Shown: positions 8,994 through 18,543 of the stretch, one piece after another | Position numbering within the stretch: position 1 is the stretch's first letter | How the letters are laid out: each line of letters begins with the position of its first letter | NCBI GenBank assembly: GCA_014728015.1 | Contig: WJMI01000079.1 | Location: 1 to 54,013, forward strand | Source: Chitinivibrionales bacterium | GTDB lineage: Bacteria; Fibrobacterota; Chitinivibrionia; Chitinivibrionales; WJMI01 | DNA length: 54,013 bases | Direction of reading: 5' to 3' | Made by a program: the position numbers and the translations under genes | The notes under the pieces: generated by a model | Seen by the model: the letters and a program-made list of their open reading frames with translations, nothing else | What the model was told of the DNA's origin: nothing | Database searches by the model: none

Positions 8994-9794
8994 ATGCCGT
9001 CAACCCAACCGATTATCGAAGTGCAGAACCTGGTTGCGAAGTACGGCGACAAGACCGTGCTTCATGATGTCAGCACCAGGATCTTCCCCTCGGAGGTGCG
9101 TGTTATCCTCGGCGGCTCGGGGTGCGGCAAGACCACGCTTCTGAAGCATATCATCGGGCTTCTCAAGCCGTTCTCGGGGACGATCCGGGTTTTCGGGACA
9201 CCGATTGGCGATCTCGATTCGCCCGAGACAACAGATGTTCTCAAGCGGGTGGGCATAACCTACCAGAACGGGGCGCTGCTCGGGTCGTTGACGGTCGGGG
9301 AGAACATCGCCCTGCCCCTGCGCATGCACACGACGCTTCCCGAATCGATCATCCGCGAAATGGTAATCATGAAGCTTTCCCAGGTTGACATGCCGCACGC
9401 GGCCGACCTGTACCCGGGCGAGCTGTCCGGCGGCATGCGCAAACGGGCCGCGGTGGCCCGCGCGCTCGCCATGGACCCGCCGCTTCTGTTCTGCGACGAG
9501 CCTTCCGCCGGACTCGACCCGGTAACGTCCGCCGGTCTGGACGATCTGCTCCTGCGTCTCCGCGAGGCCCTCGGCATCACAATTGTCGTGGTCACCCACG
9601 AGCTCTTGTCTATCCAGACGATTGCCGACAATATCATTTTTCTACATAAGGGCACGCTTCTGTTCGACGGCAGCCTGCGGGACGCCCGGGCGCTGACCCG
9701 CGGCCCCCTGTACGATTTCTTCGAGCGGCATGCCGAAGATAGCGGAAGCGATGCGGCGGCCACGTCCGCGCCCGGTGGGGAGAATCATTCATGA
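8994..9794 (+). CDS. mlaF: MlaF-like ABC transporter ATP-binding protein
   Basis: Walker A is GGSGCGKTT, the signature is LSGGMRKR, and Walker B is LLFCDEPSAGLD. The true start is ATG 8994, 2 nt after the mlaE TAG. The track ORF from 8484 is an in-frame upstream extension overlapping mlaE. Confidence 0.9.
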   Translation: MPSTQPIIEVQNLVAKYGDKTVLHDVSTRIFPSEVRVILGGSGCGKTTLLKHIIGLLKPFSGTIRVFGTPIGDLDSPETTDVLKRVGITYQNGALLGSLTVGENIALPLRMHTTLPESIIREMVIMKLSQVDMPHAADLYPGELSGGMRKRAAVARALAMDPPLLFCDEPSAGLDPVTSAGLDDLLLRLREALGITIVVVTHELLSIQTIADNIIFLHKGTLLFDGSLRDARALTRGPLYDFFERHAEDSGSDAAATSAPGGENHS

Positions 9795-10708
9795 GCTTGT
9801 CCCGTTCCCAGAAATCGCGGCTTGGCCTGTTTATGCTGCTGGGCGCGTTTTTGCTTGTCGTATTCATTGCGATACCCGTTGGTTTCAAGTTTGCCGAGCG
9901 CGAAAAAACGTATTACGCAGTCTTTACCGGCGAATCACTCTCGGGACTCGACCAGGGCGCTATTGTCAAGTACTACGGCGTGCCTATCGGCAAGGTCGAT
10001 CGCGTGACTTTCGATCCAAAGGATATCGAGAGGGTCCGCGTGGAAATCCGGATACGTCACGATTTTCCCATGAAGAAGGGCATGTATATTCAGACCGGCA
10101 TGCTGGGCATTACCGGCCTCAAGTACGTCGAGGTCATGGGCGGCAGCAATGATGCGCCGGTGCTCAAGCCGGGCTCCGAGGTCCCGGTGAAACCGTCGCT
10201 CATGGCCACGCTGACCGGAAAAACGGATGTCATTATCAGCAAAGTGGAGCTCCTGCTCAACCATATCAACGCGATCGCGCACCCCGACAGTATTGCGCCG
10301 GTCAAGGAGATAATCAAAAACGCGGCGGACATCAGCCGCGAAATCAACGATTTCATGCAGGCATCCACGCCGAAATTCAAGTCGATCGCCGGGTCGGCGG
10401 AAAGCACGATGCGCAAGGTCGATTTGATTGCCAGCGATGTCAAATCAATCACGGCCAATGTCAATGCCACGGTCAATGCCGCCGACCTCTCCCGGACCGT
10501 GGCGGACATAGATTCAACGGTCAGAACACTCAACAGCCTGACCCGCAATCTCGACTTGACCGTGCGCCAGAGCAGAGAGGATTTCACGGTGGCTCTCGAA
10601 AACCTGCGCGAAACACTGGAGAACGCCAACGAACTCTCGAAGATCCTCAGCGAAAACCCGTCGCTTCTTCTCCGGGGCGACACCAAGAAACAGAGAGACC
10701 TGCGATGA
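9791..10708 (+). CDS. MCE/MlaD-family protein with N-terminal TM anchor and ~170-aa helical C-terminal extension
   Basis: The N-terminal TM segment is LGLFMLLGAFLLVVFIAIPVGF. The MCE core reads YYAVFTGESLSGLDQGAIVKYYGVPIGKVDRV. It is followed by a long low-complexity helical tail. The start shares an ATGA overlap with the mlaF stop. Confidence 0.85.
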   Translation: MSLSRSQKSRLGLFMLLGAFLLVVFIAIPVGFKFAEREKTYYAVFTGESLSGLDQGAIVKYYGVPIGKVDRVTFDPKDIERVRVEIRIRHDFPMKKGMYIQTGMLGITGLKYVEVMGGSNDAPVLKPGSEVPVKPSLMATLTGKTDVIISKVELLLNHINAIAHPDSIAPVKEIIKNAADISREINDFMQASTPKFKSIAGSAESTMRKVDLIASDVKSITANVNATVNAADLSRTVADIDSTVRTLNSLTRNLDLTVRQSREDFTVALENLRETLENANELSKILSENPSLLLRGDTKKQRDLR

Positions 10709-11445
10709 GAACCAACGCCGTTATCACCACGTGTGTCGCCGCCGCCTGCGCGCTGCTCATGCTTTCGGGATGCGCTAGCGCGCCGATCAAACAGTATTAC
10801 ACCATGAACTACATACCCGAAGATCTGCCGCGGCGGCGCAAGGAAGGGCCTTATCCATACACGATACGCGTCAAGAAATTCGATATCGAAGAGGCCTATG
10901 CCCGCCCGCAAATCGTGTACCGCAAGAGCCCGTTCGAGATGCGCTATTATTTCTACCGGGTCTGGGCGGTCAAGCCCACCGACATGATCACAGACCTCGT
11001 CGAGAAACACCTCTCTTCGGTCGGCCTGGTAAGCCATGTCGTGCGGCGCTTCGACCAGGGCTCCTCGCCGGATTACGAGCTGACCGGCAAGATAGAGGCC
11101 ATTGAAGAATATGATAACGAGAACGTATGGTTCGCGCATCTCGCTTTCCGGTTGAAGCTGACCCGCCTGAGCGACAACCGCACCATGTACTCGCGGAGGT
11201 TCGATGACCGAAAGCAGGTGTTTCAACACGATCCCGAGCTGGTGGTTCGCGAGCTGTCCCGCATCATGGACGTTCGCGTGACGCAGGCGATTATGGATAT
11301 CGACGCGATCCTGGCAAGGGAGTATGGCCTGATTTCGGGACCGGCGCCGGCGCCGGTTGAGCAGGAGCTGCCGGAAGGCCCGGCCACGGGGAGCAAAAAC
11401 ATTCTGGATTTCGATAGTGCAGATGATGACGCGGGGCGGGACTAA
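10705..11445 (+). CDS. ABC-transport auxiliary lipoprotein (DUF330 / PqiC-YmbA-like)
   Basis: The lipobox is LLMLSGC. The pattern YRKSPFEMRYYFYRVWAVKPTDMITDLVEKHL is typical of the PqiC-like family. The start shares an ATGA overlap with the upstream stop. Confidence 0.7.
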   Translation: MRTNAVITTCVAAACALLMLSGCASAPIKQYYTMNYIPEDLPRRRKEGPYPYTIRVKKFDIEEAYARPQIVYRKSPFEMRYYFYRVWAVKPTDMITDLVEKHLSSVGLVSHVVRRFDQGSSPDYELTGKIEAIEEYDNENVWFAHLAFRLKLTRLSDNRTMYSRRFDDRKQVFQHDPELVVRELSRIMDVRVTQAIMDIDAILAREYGLISGPAPAPVEQELPEGPATGSKNILDFDSADDDAGRD

Positions 11446-11446
11446 G

Positions 11447-13219
11447 ATGACCGGAGCAGCGTCCGCGAGAGCGATGCCGTCGGTGCTGCGCGCGAGCGCA
11501 TGCATGCTTGTGATGCTGGCGGCACGCGCTCAGGCCAAACTTCCCACCGAGCTTCCCGGCGAGGAAATCACCGAGGAACAGTATTTCGATTATGTTGTCC
11601 CGCGCGATAGTATAGCCAAGCAGATACCCGAGGAGTCGCCGTCCTCGCCCACGTGGCTCGACAGTGCCGCGCAGACCTGGGATGCGCCGCCGCTCGCCGT
11701 GCAGATGGCCCGGGACGAGGAAAAACTCCAAATGGGCATGGGCGCCGTGTTTGTGCCGTGCATGAGCGATCCGGATCACGAGCCCGACGTCGAAATCCTG
11801 GATGACAAGGGGGAGGCGGTCGCGGCCGGCAAGACCGGCCGCAAGTACAGCCTGGTGCCGGGAAGCTACTATGTCATGCTGGGAAGCGGTCCGCACAAGC
11901 AGCGCATGGTCAAGAAGGTGGAGATTTCTGACGGAAAAATCGTGCCGATCGTCCCGGACTGGACGGGGTTGAGAATCGATGTTGTCGACGAGAGCAACCA
12001 GCCGTTCCGCGGCGAATACGAAATCACGCGGATAGATGAATTCGAACCCTACGGCCGCGGCTACGGCAGGGACCCGGACCTCGGGCAGAAGCTCGCGACA
12101 TGGCTGCTCAAGCCGGGGGTCTACAAGATATTCGGTGTCGGGCAGAGCTATAACACGCTCACCAATTTCGTCACGGTCAGGCTTCTTCCGGGCGAACTGG
12201 TGCGGTTCGTACTGGTGCAGCAAGAAGACGATATGACAATCATCGGGGGCGGGATGGTCGAGACCGAGGCGCGCACGGGTCTGGCATCAAACTGGAAATA
12301 CGGCATGGATATCGGCGGCGGCATTGATTTCAATTCGCAAATCTACCACAATGAGGATTCGACGGACACGAAGACCGGTCTCGACCTGCTGGCCAACGCG
12401 CGCCTGAAGTTCGAGCGGAACAAGGTCGATTGGGAAACGCGCTTCCGTCTGGTGCAGACCATCCTACTCCAGGGCCTTGACTTCAGGGACCTGGAGAGCA
12501 CCGACGACGATCTCCGGCTGTCATCTATCTACACCTGGCGGCTGCTCCGCTGGCTCGGCCCGTATGGACGCCTTGAGACCGAGACCGAAATCGTGCCGGA
12601 TTACAAGCGGCGGCCCGAGACGGACTCGACGTACTTCTTCGTGCTGGTCGACGAAGACGACACGCTCACGGGCATAGACTCAACCAGCGAGTCAATCAAG
12701 CTGGAACCTTCGTTCACGCCGTTCACGTTCGAGGTCGGTGCAGGGGCGAACATCAGGCTGCCGCGGACACGGTTCTTCGAAGGCAAGATCCTCGGCGGCA
12801 TCGGGTTTCGTCAGCGATGGAGCTGGGACCAGTCCGAGGTGGGGGATTCGGTGTACGCCGACCCCGGGGATCCCGATCTCGCCGTTGTTCAGGCAAAGAG
12901 CACCAGCGACAAGGTCGTCATACGGCAGTATGAAGATGCATCCACACAGCCGGAATACGGTCCCGAAACCGCGATGTATGCAACGCTCCGGTTCGGTCAA
13001 TTTGCCACCACCGACACCGAGATTAAAGTGTTCGCGCCGTTCACGCGTTTCACCTATCCGGACTTCTATGCGCGGGCGACGCTGAGCTGGCGCCTTATCC
13101 GCTCGATCACGCTCGTATATGAGTATGAATACGAGCTCAGCCAGCCCGAGGAAGAGACCCTCAAGGAGAACCTTTCCACCCATCGTGTGCTTCTGAGGTT
13201 TTCGTATACGAGCAGGTAG
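11447..13219 (+). CDS. Exported protein: PEGA/carboxypeptidase-regulatory-like modules plus C-terminal beta-barrel-like region (outer-membrane candidate)
   Basis: The start ATG 11447 lies 1 nt after the lipoprotein TAA. The track start 11357 overlaps the upstream gene. The signal peptide is MLVMLAARAQA/K. The C-terminal half shows an alternating hydrophobic pattern and ends in LLRFSYTSR. The product is 590 aa. Confidence 0.7.
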   Translation: MTGAASARAMPSVLRASACMLVMLAARAQAKLPTELPGEEITEEQYFDYVVPRDSIAKQIPEESPSSPTWLDSAAQTWDAPPLAVQMARDEEKLQMGMGAVFVPCMSDPDHEPDVEILDDKGEAVAAGKTGRKYSLVPGSYYVMLGSGPHKQRMVKKVEISDGKIVPIVPDWTGLRIDVVDESNQPFRGEYEITRIDEFEPYGRGYGRDPDLGQKLATWLLKPGVYKIFGVGQSYNTLTNFVTVRLLPGELVRFVLVQQEDDMTIIGGGMVETEARTGLASNWKYGMDIGGGIDFNSQIYHNEDSTDTKTGLDLLANARLKFERNKVDWETRFRLVQTILLQGLDFRDLESTDDDLRLSSIYTWRLLRWLGPYGRLETETEIVPDYKRRPETDSTYFFVLVDEDDTLTGIDSTSESIKLEPSFTPFTFEVGAGANIRLPRTRFFEGKILGGIGFRQRWSWDQSEVGDSVYADPGDPDLAVVQAKSTSDKVVIRQYEDASTQPEYGPETAMYATLRFGQFATTDTEIKVFAPFTRFTYPDFYARATLSWRLIRSITLVYEYEYELSQPEEETLKENLSTHRVLLRFSYTSR

Positions 13220-13254
13220 GGACGGCCTCGGGCGCGGTTCCTGGCAAAGAGGTA

Positions 13255-14010
13255 CTAGCCGTTTTTCACCGCCGTGGCAATCTCGACCATGGCGCTCACG
13301 CCGGAGTCGGCTTTCAAAAGATTCCCGGTCACAATGATATCAGCGCCCGCGTCGATTTTTTCTTTCGCGGTGGCGGCATCGCGAATCCCGCCGCCGCAGA
13401 TAATCGGGATATCGACATACTCGCGGACCATGCGGATCATTTCGGGCGGCACGGTGTTCGGTGCGCCGCTGCCCGCCTCCAGATATACCAGGCTCATGCC
13501 CATGTATTGGGCCGCGAGCGCGTGCGCCGCCGCAATCATGGGCTTTGCCCGCGGGATCGGCCGGGTGCCGCTCATGAACTCCACCGATGTTACGGCGCCG
13601 GATTCGACAAGCATGTAGGCGGTCGATACCGGCTCAATGCCGAGCTTTTTGATGACCGGGGCGCCTTTTACCTGTTCGCCAATCAGATTCACCGGGTTCC
13701 TTCCGGAAACGAGCGAAAGAAAGAGCACGGCATCGGCATTGCCCGATAACTGGGTCGCATCGCCGGGGAACAGGATTATCGGGATGGACACGGCCTGTTT
13801 CACGGCTCCGACGAAGCTGTCGAAGTGGTTCGTGTGAAGAAGGCTGCCGCCGATAAGCAGCGCATCCACACCCGCCTTCTCGGCAGTCGATGCAATGCCG
13901 GCGCCGTGCTCCATGGAAAAATCATCGGGGTCGAGAAGCACCCAGTGGCATCCCTTCTGGGACTTGACCTGACGCAGGATGGTCTGTAGTACCGGGCCGT
14001 ATCCTCTCAT
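13255..14010 (-). CDS. Geranylgeranylglyceryl phosphate synthase / PcrB family prenyltransferase
   Basis: 251 aa. The match to GGGPS/PcrB runs along the full length: WVLLDPD..., GVDALLIGGS, ILFPG, VYLEAGSGA, ICGGGIRD, IIVTGN. Its start ATG overlaps the alaS TGA (ATGA at 14007-14010). Confidence 0.8.
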   Translation of the reverse strand: MRGYGPVLQTILRQVKSQKGCHWVLLDPDDFSMEHGAGIASTAEKAGVDALLIGGSLLHTNHFDSFVGAVKQAVSIPIILFPGDATQLSGNADAVLFLSLVSGRNPVNLIGEQVKGAPVIKKLGIEPVSTAYMLVESGAVTSVEFMSGTRPIPRAKPMIAAAHALAAQYMGMSLVYLEAGSGAPNTVPPEMIRMVREYVDIPIICGGGIRDAATAKEKIDAGADIIVTGNLLKADSGVSAMVEIATAVKNG

Positions 14011-16697
14011 GATGCCCCCGCCTTCTGTTTGATAAGCCCCCGCGCGGTAGCAAGCGCATCGTCGAGCCTGTCCGGGTCCTTGCCGCCCGCCTGCGCCCGG
14101 GTAGGACTGCCGCCACCGTTCCCGCCGGCCTTCTGCGCGGCGGCCTTCACGATTTCGCCGCAGTGAATGCCGTGCGCTGAAGCACTCTTCGGGCCCGCGC
14201 AGGCGGAGAGCATGATACCGCCGTCCGAGACCGCGCCCAATACGACCACGGTCGTCGCGAGGTTTCTTTGGCGGATCATGTCGGATACCGCATCGGTCAC
14301 CGTGGCAAAACCTTTCTTGTCGACCCGGCCGAGATGCTTGACTGTCCAGGGGAACATGTCCCCGCTCCGCCCGGCCTCTTCGATAATGCTTGCCACCTGC
14401 TGCCCCGCCCGGTCCTGCGACAGGCGCGCGACCTCGGTCTCGAGCGCTTTGACCCGATCCATGAGCGCGGCCACGCGCCCGGTGATGCCGTCTTCGGCTG
14501 TCTTGAGGGTCGCGGTCAGGCCGGACACGATGTCCTCTTTGCGCGCGAGGTAGGCGACCGAATTCATCCCGGTGATTGCTTCAATACGCCGGATACCCGC
14601 GGATATGCTCGTCTCAGTCAGAATATGAAACAGACCGATCCGGCCGGTCGACACTACATGCGTACCGCCGCACAATTCTTTACTCACGCGTCCCATGCCT
14701 ACGACGCGCGCCTTGTCAGCGTACTTCTCGCCAAACAGCGCCATGGCGCCTTCCCTGCGGGCGGTCTCCGTGTCCCGGACTTCGGTGGCGACAGGGAAGT
14801 CGGCAAGAATCCATTCGTTTACCAAGGCCTCGACTTTCGCGATTTCCTCCGGGGTGAGCGCCTTGAAATGGGTGAAATCGAACCGGAGGCGCTCGGGCTC
14901 AACCTTGGAGCCCGACTGCTGTACGTGATCGCCCAGGACCTGGCGCAGGGCCGCCTGCAGCAGATGCGTTGCGCTGTGATTGCGGCGCGTCTGGTTCCGC
15001 GCGGCCGTATTGACACGAGCCAGAAGCGGCTCCGCAAGCTCGGCAAGCGGAAATGAGGTCGGCGATACTACCTTGTGAACATGCATGTCGTTCCACTTGA
15101 ACGTGTCGACAACCGGAAGCTCGCGTCCCGAACGCGCGGTGAGCGTTCCCGAATCGCCCACCTGCCCGCCCGACTCGGCGTAGAACGGGCTTTGATCGAG
15201 GACCAGCAGGCACTCAACACACGCATCCGTGCTTCCTTCGGGCCGCAGCGCCTTGTACCGCGCGACGCGGGCCTCGGCCTCGTCTTCCCGGTAGCCCACG
15301 AACGTGGTTCCGTCAATCTTCTGCAGCTCGACCCAGCCCTCGGCCGTCAAGCCGGCATCATCCCCGCGCCTGGTCGCCTCGCGCCCGCGATCGCGCTGCT
15401 GTTCCATGAGCTCGTCAAACCCGCGCTCGTCAACCGTGAAGCCTTTTTCCCGGGCCATCAGGCGTGTCAGGTCCATGGGAAAACCATACGTGTCGTACAG
15501 TGTAAATACGTCGGCGCCGGACAGCTCGGTGTCACCTTCCGCGGTCGACCGCTCCATCATCTGCGAAAAGATTTCTATCCCCTGCTCCAGGGTCTGTCCG
15601 AAGCGTTCCTCTTCGCTGCGAACGAGCTGCACCACATGCTCGCGGCGCTCGCGGAGCTCGGGAAACGCATCGCCCATCATATCGACAACGGCGGGCACGA
15701 TCGCGTGAAGAAACGGCCCGCGAAACCCGAGCTCCCTGCCGAACCGGTATGCGCGCCGCAACAGGCGGCGCAGCACGTACCCGCGGCCCTCGTTTGACGG
15801 AAACGCGCCGTCGGTAATAGCAAAAACAAGCGCGCGGATGTGGTCGGCGATAACACGAAACGGTACTCCTTCGGCGCCGTGCCCGTATCGACGGCCCGAG
15901 AGCTTTTCGAGCCGGGCGATTACCGGTAGGAACAAATCAGTTGCGTAGTTGGATTCCGCACCCTGGATCAATCGCACAACACGCTCAAACCCCATGCCCG
16001 TGTCAACGTGCTTTTTGGGCAGGTCCTCGAGACTGCCGTCCTTGCGGCGGTTGTGCTGGATAAATACCAGGTTCCACACTTCGAGAAACCGGCCGTCCTG
16101 ACCGTTGACCCCTTTGGCCGGATCGCGAAACACCTGTTCGCGGTCGGCGGCATCGCCGGTATCGTAGTGGATTTCCGAGCACGGGCCGCACGGCCCGGTC
16201 TCGCCCATCTCCCAGAAATTGTCTTCATCGCCGAACCGGAGCACTCGCTCGGTCGGAATCCCGGTTTCACTCACCCACAACTTCGCGGCCTCGTCGTCGG
16301 TATGATGCACGGTCGCGAACAGCCGGTCCTTGTCGAGTCCCCACACGCCCGTAAGCAGCTCCCACGCCCAGCGGACGGCATCCTTCTTGTGGTAGTCGCC
16401 GAACGACCAGTTGCCCAGCATCTCGAAAAACGTGTGGTGGGAATGGTCCCGCCCGACTTCTTCGAGGTCGTTGTGCTTCCCCGAGACCCGCATGCATTTC
16501 TGAGAATTGACGGCGCGCGAAAGCCCGTCTCGGTTCTCGCCCAGGAATATCGCCTTGAACTGGTTCATGCCCGCGTTGGTAAACAGCAGGCTCGGATCGT
16601 CCTGGGGAATAACCGGCGCGCTGCGCACAAAGGTATGGCGCTTCCCCTTAAAGAAGTCAATGAATTCCTGGCGTATTTGATTTGCAGAGCGGGTCAT
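14007..16697 (-). CDS. alaS: Alanine--tRNA ligase
   Basis: The AlaRS pattern is unmistakable (MTRSANQIRQEFIDFFKGKRHTF..., the HSATHLL editing-domain motif, C-terminal DHHA1 region). ATG 16697 is preferred over track start 16745, which overlaps the HEPN gene. Confidence 0.97.
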   Translation of the reverse strand: MTRSANQIRQEFIDFFKGKRHTFVRSAPVIPQDDPSLLFTNAGMNQFKAIFLGENRDGLSRAVNSQKCMRVSGKHNDLEEVGRDHSHHTFFEMLGNWSFGDYHKKDAVRWAWELLTGVWGLDKDRLFATVHHTDDEAAKLWVSETGIPTERVLRFGDEDNFWEMGETGPCGPCSEIHYDTGDAADREQVFRDPAKGVNGQDGRFLEVWNLVFIQHNRRKDGSLEDLPKKHVDTGMGFERVVRLIQGAESNYATDLFLPVIARLEKLSGRRYGHGAEGVPFRVIADHIRALVFAITDGAFPSNEGRGYVLRRLLRRAYRFGRELGFRGPFLHAIVPAVVDMMGDAFPELRERREHVVQLVRSEEERFGQTLEQGIEIFSQMMERSTAEGDTELSGADVFTLYDTYGFPMDLTRLMAREKGFTVDERGFDELMEQQRDRGREATRRGDDAGLTAEGWVELQKIDGTTFVGYREDEAEARVARYKALRPEGSTDACVECLLVLDQSPFYAESGGQVGDSGTLTARSGRELPVVDTFKWNDMHVHKVVSPTSFPLAELAEPLLARVNTAARNQTRRNHSATHLLQAALRQVLGDHVQQSGSKVEPERLRFDFTHFKALTPEEIAKVEALVNEWILADFPVATEVRDTETARREGAMALFGEKYADKARVVGMGRVSKELCGGTHVVSTGRIGLFHILTETSISAGIRRIEAITGMNSVAYLARKEDIVSGLTATLKTAEDGITGRVAALMDRVKALETEVARLSQDRAGQQVASIIEEAGRSGDMFPWTVKHLGRVDKKGFATVTDAVSDMIRQRNLATTVVVLGAVSDGGIMLSACAGPKSASAHGIHCGEIVKAAAQKAGGNGGGSPTRAQAGGKDPDRLDDALATARGLIKQKAGAS

Positions 16698-16716
16698 ATC
16701 AACGCCTCTCGCTCGC

Positions 16717-17148
16717 TCATGATGAGCCAGGCTTGCCGGCATCAAGCAGCTTCGCTTTGCTCAGATACTCTTCGGTCTTGGAGTAAATGTCCTTTGCGTC
16801 CTCAAGGCACTGCTGCGCCTGTGCGCAATCCAGAGGAACATCGAATCCGTAATCCCCAAGTTGTCGATCTCGGAAAAGGCGCGTGATTCGCTTGCTGAGT
16901 TGCCTATCGAACACATTTGTCTTTAGAAATTGTTCGCTAAACCCACTGAGTACGGCGCTATGCTTCGAGTATGTCAGGCCTTTTGTCAGAAGAAGACCCT
17001 CCATACAGTAAAAAGCGGCATAATAGGAACGGGAACATGAGAAATCGAAATTATCGTCCGCAATCTCTCGCGCAGCGGAATCCAGCGCCCGACGAGCCTT
17101 GTTCATCATTCTTGCGAGTTGCTCAGCCAGTTTTCGATCTCCTTTCAT
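16717..17148 (-). CDS. HEPN domain protein (toxin-like partner of the adjacent nucleotidyltransferase)
   Basis: 143 aa and all-helical, with a HEPN-type R-x4-DY motif (RDRQLGDYG). The start shares an ATGA overlap with the upstream MNT gene. The gene is AT-richer than its flanks. Confidence 0.75.
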   Translation of the reverse strand: MKGDRKLAEQLARMMNKARRALDSAAREIADDNFDFSCSRSYYAAFYCMEGLLLTKGLTYSKHSAVLSGFSEQFLKTNVFDRQLSKRITRLFRDRQLGDYGFDVPLDCAQAQQCLEDAKDIYSKTEEYLSKAKLLDAGKPGSS

Positions 17149-17471
17149 ACGGACACCCCATCGTTGGCTACGTTGAGTAAAAGCGGATCGAAAGGACGTT
17201 CATGACGCATCCTGTCCGAAATGGGGAAGGCCGATATTACTGTTTGGTGTTGGAGCAACACTTCCCCGGCAGCTTCATCTATGGCTTCGACTACATCAGG
17301 CGAAATCGTCTGCACCACAATCAAACAGTCGAAATCACTTCCTTCTTTTGCATCTCCTCGGGCCTGCGAGCCAAAAAGGATCAGTTCCTTGAGATTTGCA
17401 CCCAGGCGATCATGCATGATGTCGACGAAAGATGCGAAACCTCTGTTCCCCGAGCGCGAGACACGTGCCAT
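17145..17471 (-). CDS. Minimal nucleotidyltransferase (MNT, antitoxin-like)
   Basis: The GS-x10-DxD motif is LFGSQARGDAKEGSDFDCLIVV. The start is ATG 17471, one base after the recA TAG. The track start 17534 overlaps recA. Confidence 0.8.
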   Translation of the reverse strand: MARVSRSGNRGFASFVDIMHDRLGANLKELILFGSQARGDAKEGSDFDCLIVVQTISPDVVEAIDEAAGEVLLQHQTVISAFPISDRMRHERPFDPLLLNVANDGVSV

Positions 17472-17472
17472 A

Positions 17473-18543
17473 CTACTCGCCTTTCTCCGCCTTGGGCTCG
17501 GCCTGCGCGGGCTGCGCAAGACCGACCTTCTCACGCACGCGCTGCTCTATGGTCGCCAGTATATCAGGGTTCTCATCGAGGAATTCCTTGGACCGCTCTC
17601 GTCCCTGGCCGATACGGTCACCCTCGAATGAAAACCACGCGCCGCTCTTCTCGACAATATCGTTTGCCACCGCCAGGTCGAGGAGGTCGCCCGTATACGA
17701 GATGCCTTTGCCGTACATGATGTCAAACTCGGTGTCCCGGAACGGGGGCGCGACCTTGTTCTTCACGACCCTGGCCCGCGTGCGGCTGCCAATCACCTTG
17801 TCCCCGTCCTTGATGGCCCCGATCCGGCGCACATCGATCCGCACCGACGCGTAGAACTTCAGCGCATTGCCGCCGGTGGTGGTCTCCGGATTGCCGAACA
17901 TCACCCCGATTTTCATGCGGAGCTGGTTGATAAACACCAGACAGCATCGCGACTTGGCGATAATGCCGGTAAGCTTGCGCAAGGCCTGGGACATGAGCCG
18001 CGCCTGAAGGCCCATGTGGCTGTCACCCATCTCGCCCTCGATTTCCGCGGCCGGCACCAGAGCGGCCACGCTGTCGACCACGATAATGTCTATCGCGCCG
18101 CTGCGCACGAGCGTATCGGCAATTTCCAGCGCCTGCTCGCCCGTATCAGGCTGCGACACAAGCAGATTGTCGACATCCACCCCGAGGTTCTTCGCATAGT
18201 CCGCATCAAATGCATATTCGGCATCAATCAGCACCGCAATGCCGCCGGCTTTCTGAGCGTTGGCTATGGCATGAAGTGCCAGCGTGGTTTTCCCGGATGC
18301 CTCCGGCCCGTAGATTTCCACCACGCGACCCTTGGGAAGTCCTCCCACGCCCAAGGCAACATCCAGTGACAGCGCGCCCGAGCCAATCGCGCGAACGTCA
18401 TTCCTGGCCCGCGGCTCCGCACCTAGGCGCATGATAGAACCCTTGCCATGCTGTTTTTCGATCTGCGCGAGTGCGGCCTCTACCGCCGCGCCCTTGTTCT
18501 TCTGCTCCTGGACAACTGCCGGCGAACTGCTTTTCTTTGCCAT
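17473..18543 (-). CDS. recA: Recombinase RecA
   Basis: Canonical RecA sequence, including the Walker A motif [13 protein letters not shown]. The start is ATG 18543, with AAGGAG about 8 nt upstream. The track start 18666 is an upstream extension. Confidence 0.97.
   Translation of the reverse strand: MAKKSSSPAVVQEQKNKGAAVEAALAQIEKQHGKGSIMRLGAEPRARNDVRAIGSGALSLDVALGVGGLPKGRVVEIYGPEASGKTTLALHAIANAQKAGGIAVLIDAEYAFDADYAKNLGVDVDNLLVSQPDTGEQALEIADTLVRSGAIDIIVVDSVAALVPAAEIEGEMGDSHMGLQARLMSQALRKLTGIIAKSRCCLVFINQLRMKIGVMFGNPETTTGGNALKFYASVRIDVRRIGAIKDGDKVIGSRTRARVVKNKVAPPFRDTEFDIMYGKGISYTGDLLDLAVANDIVEKSGAWFSFEGDRIGQGRERSKEFLDENPDILATIEQRVREKVGLAQPAQAEPKAEKGE

Noticed and set aside
10090-11505. 471-aa minus-strand ORF (also 11291..12223, 19181..20239, 20285..21214, 46150..47211, 43905..44642, 44706..45476, 45109..45942)
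   Set aside because: All lie antisense to well-supported genes (MCE/lipoprotein, OMP, clpB, htrA, guaB). All have shadow-frame composition.
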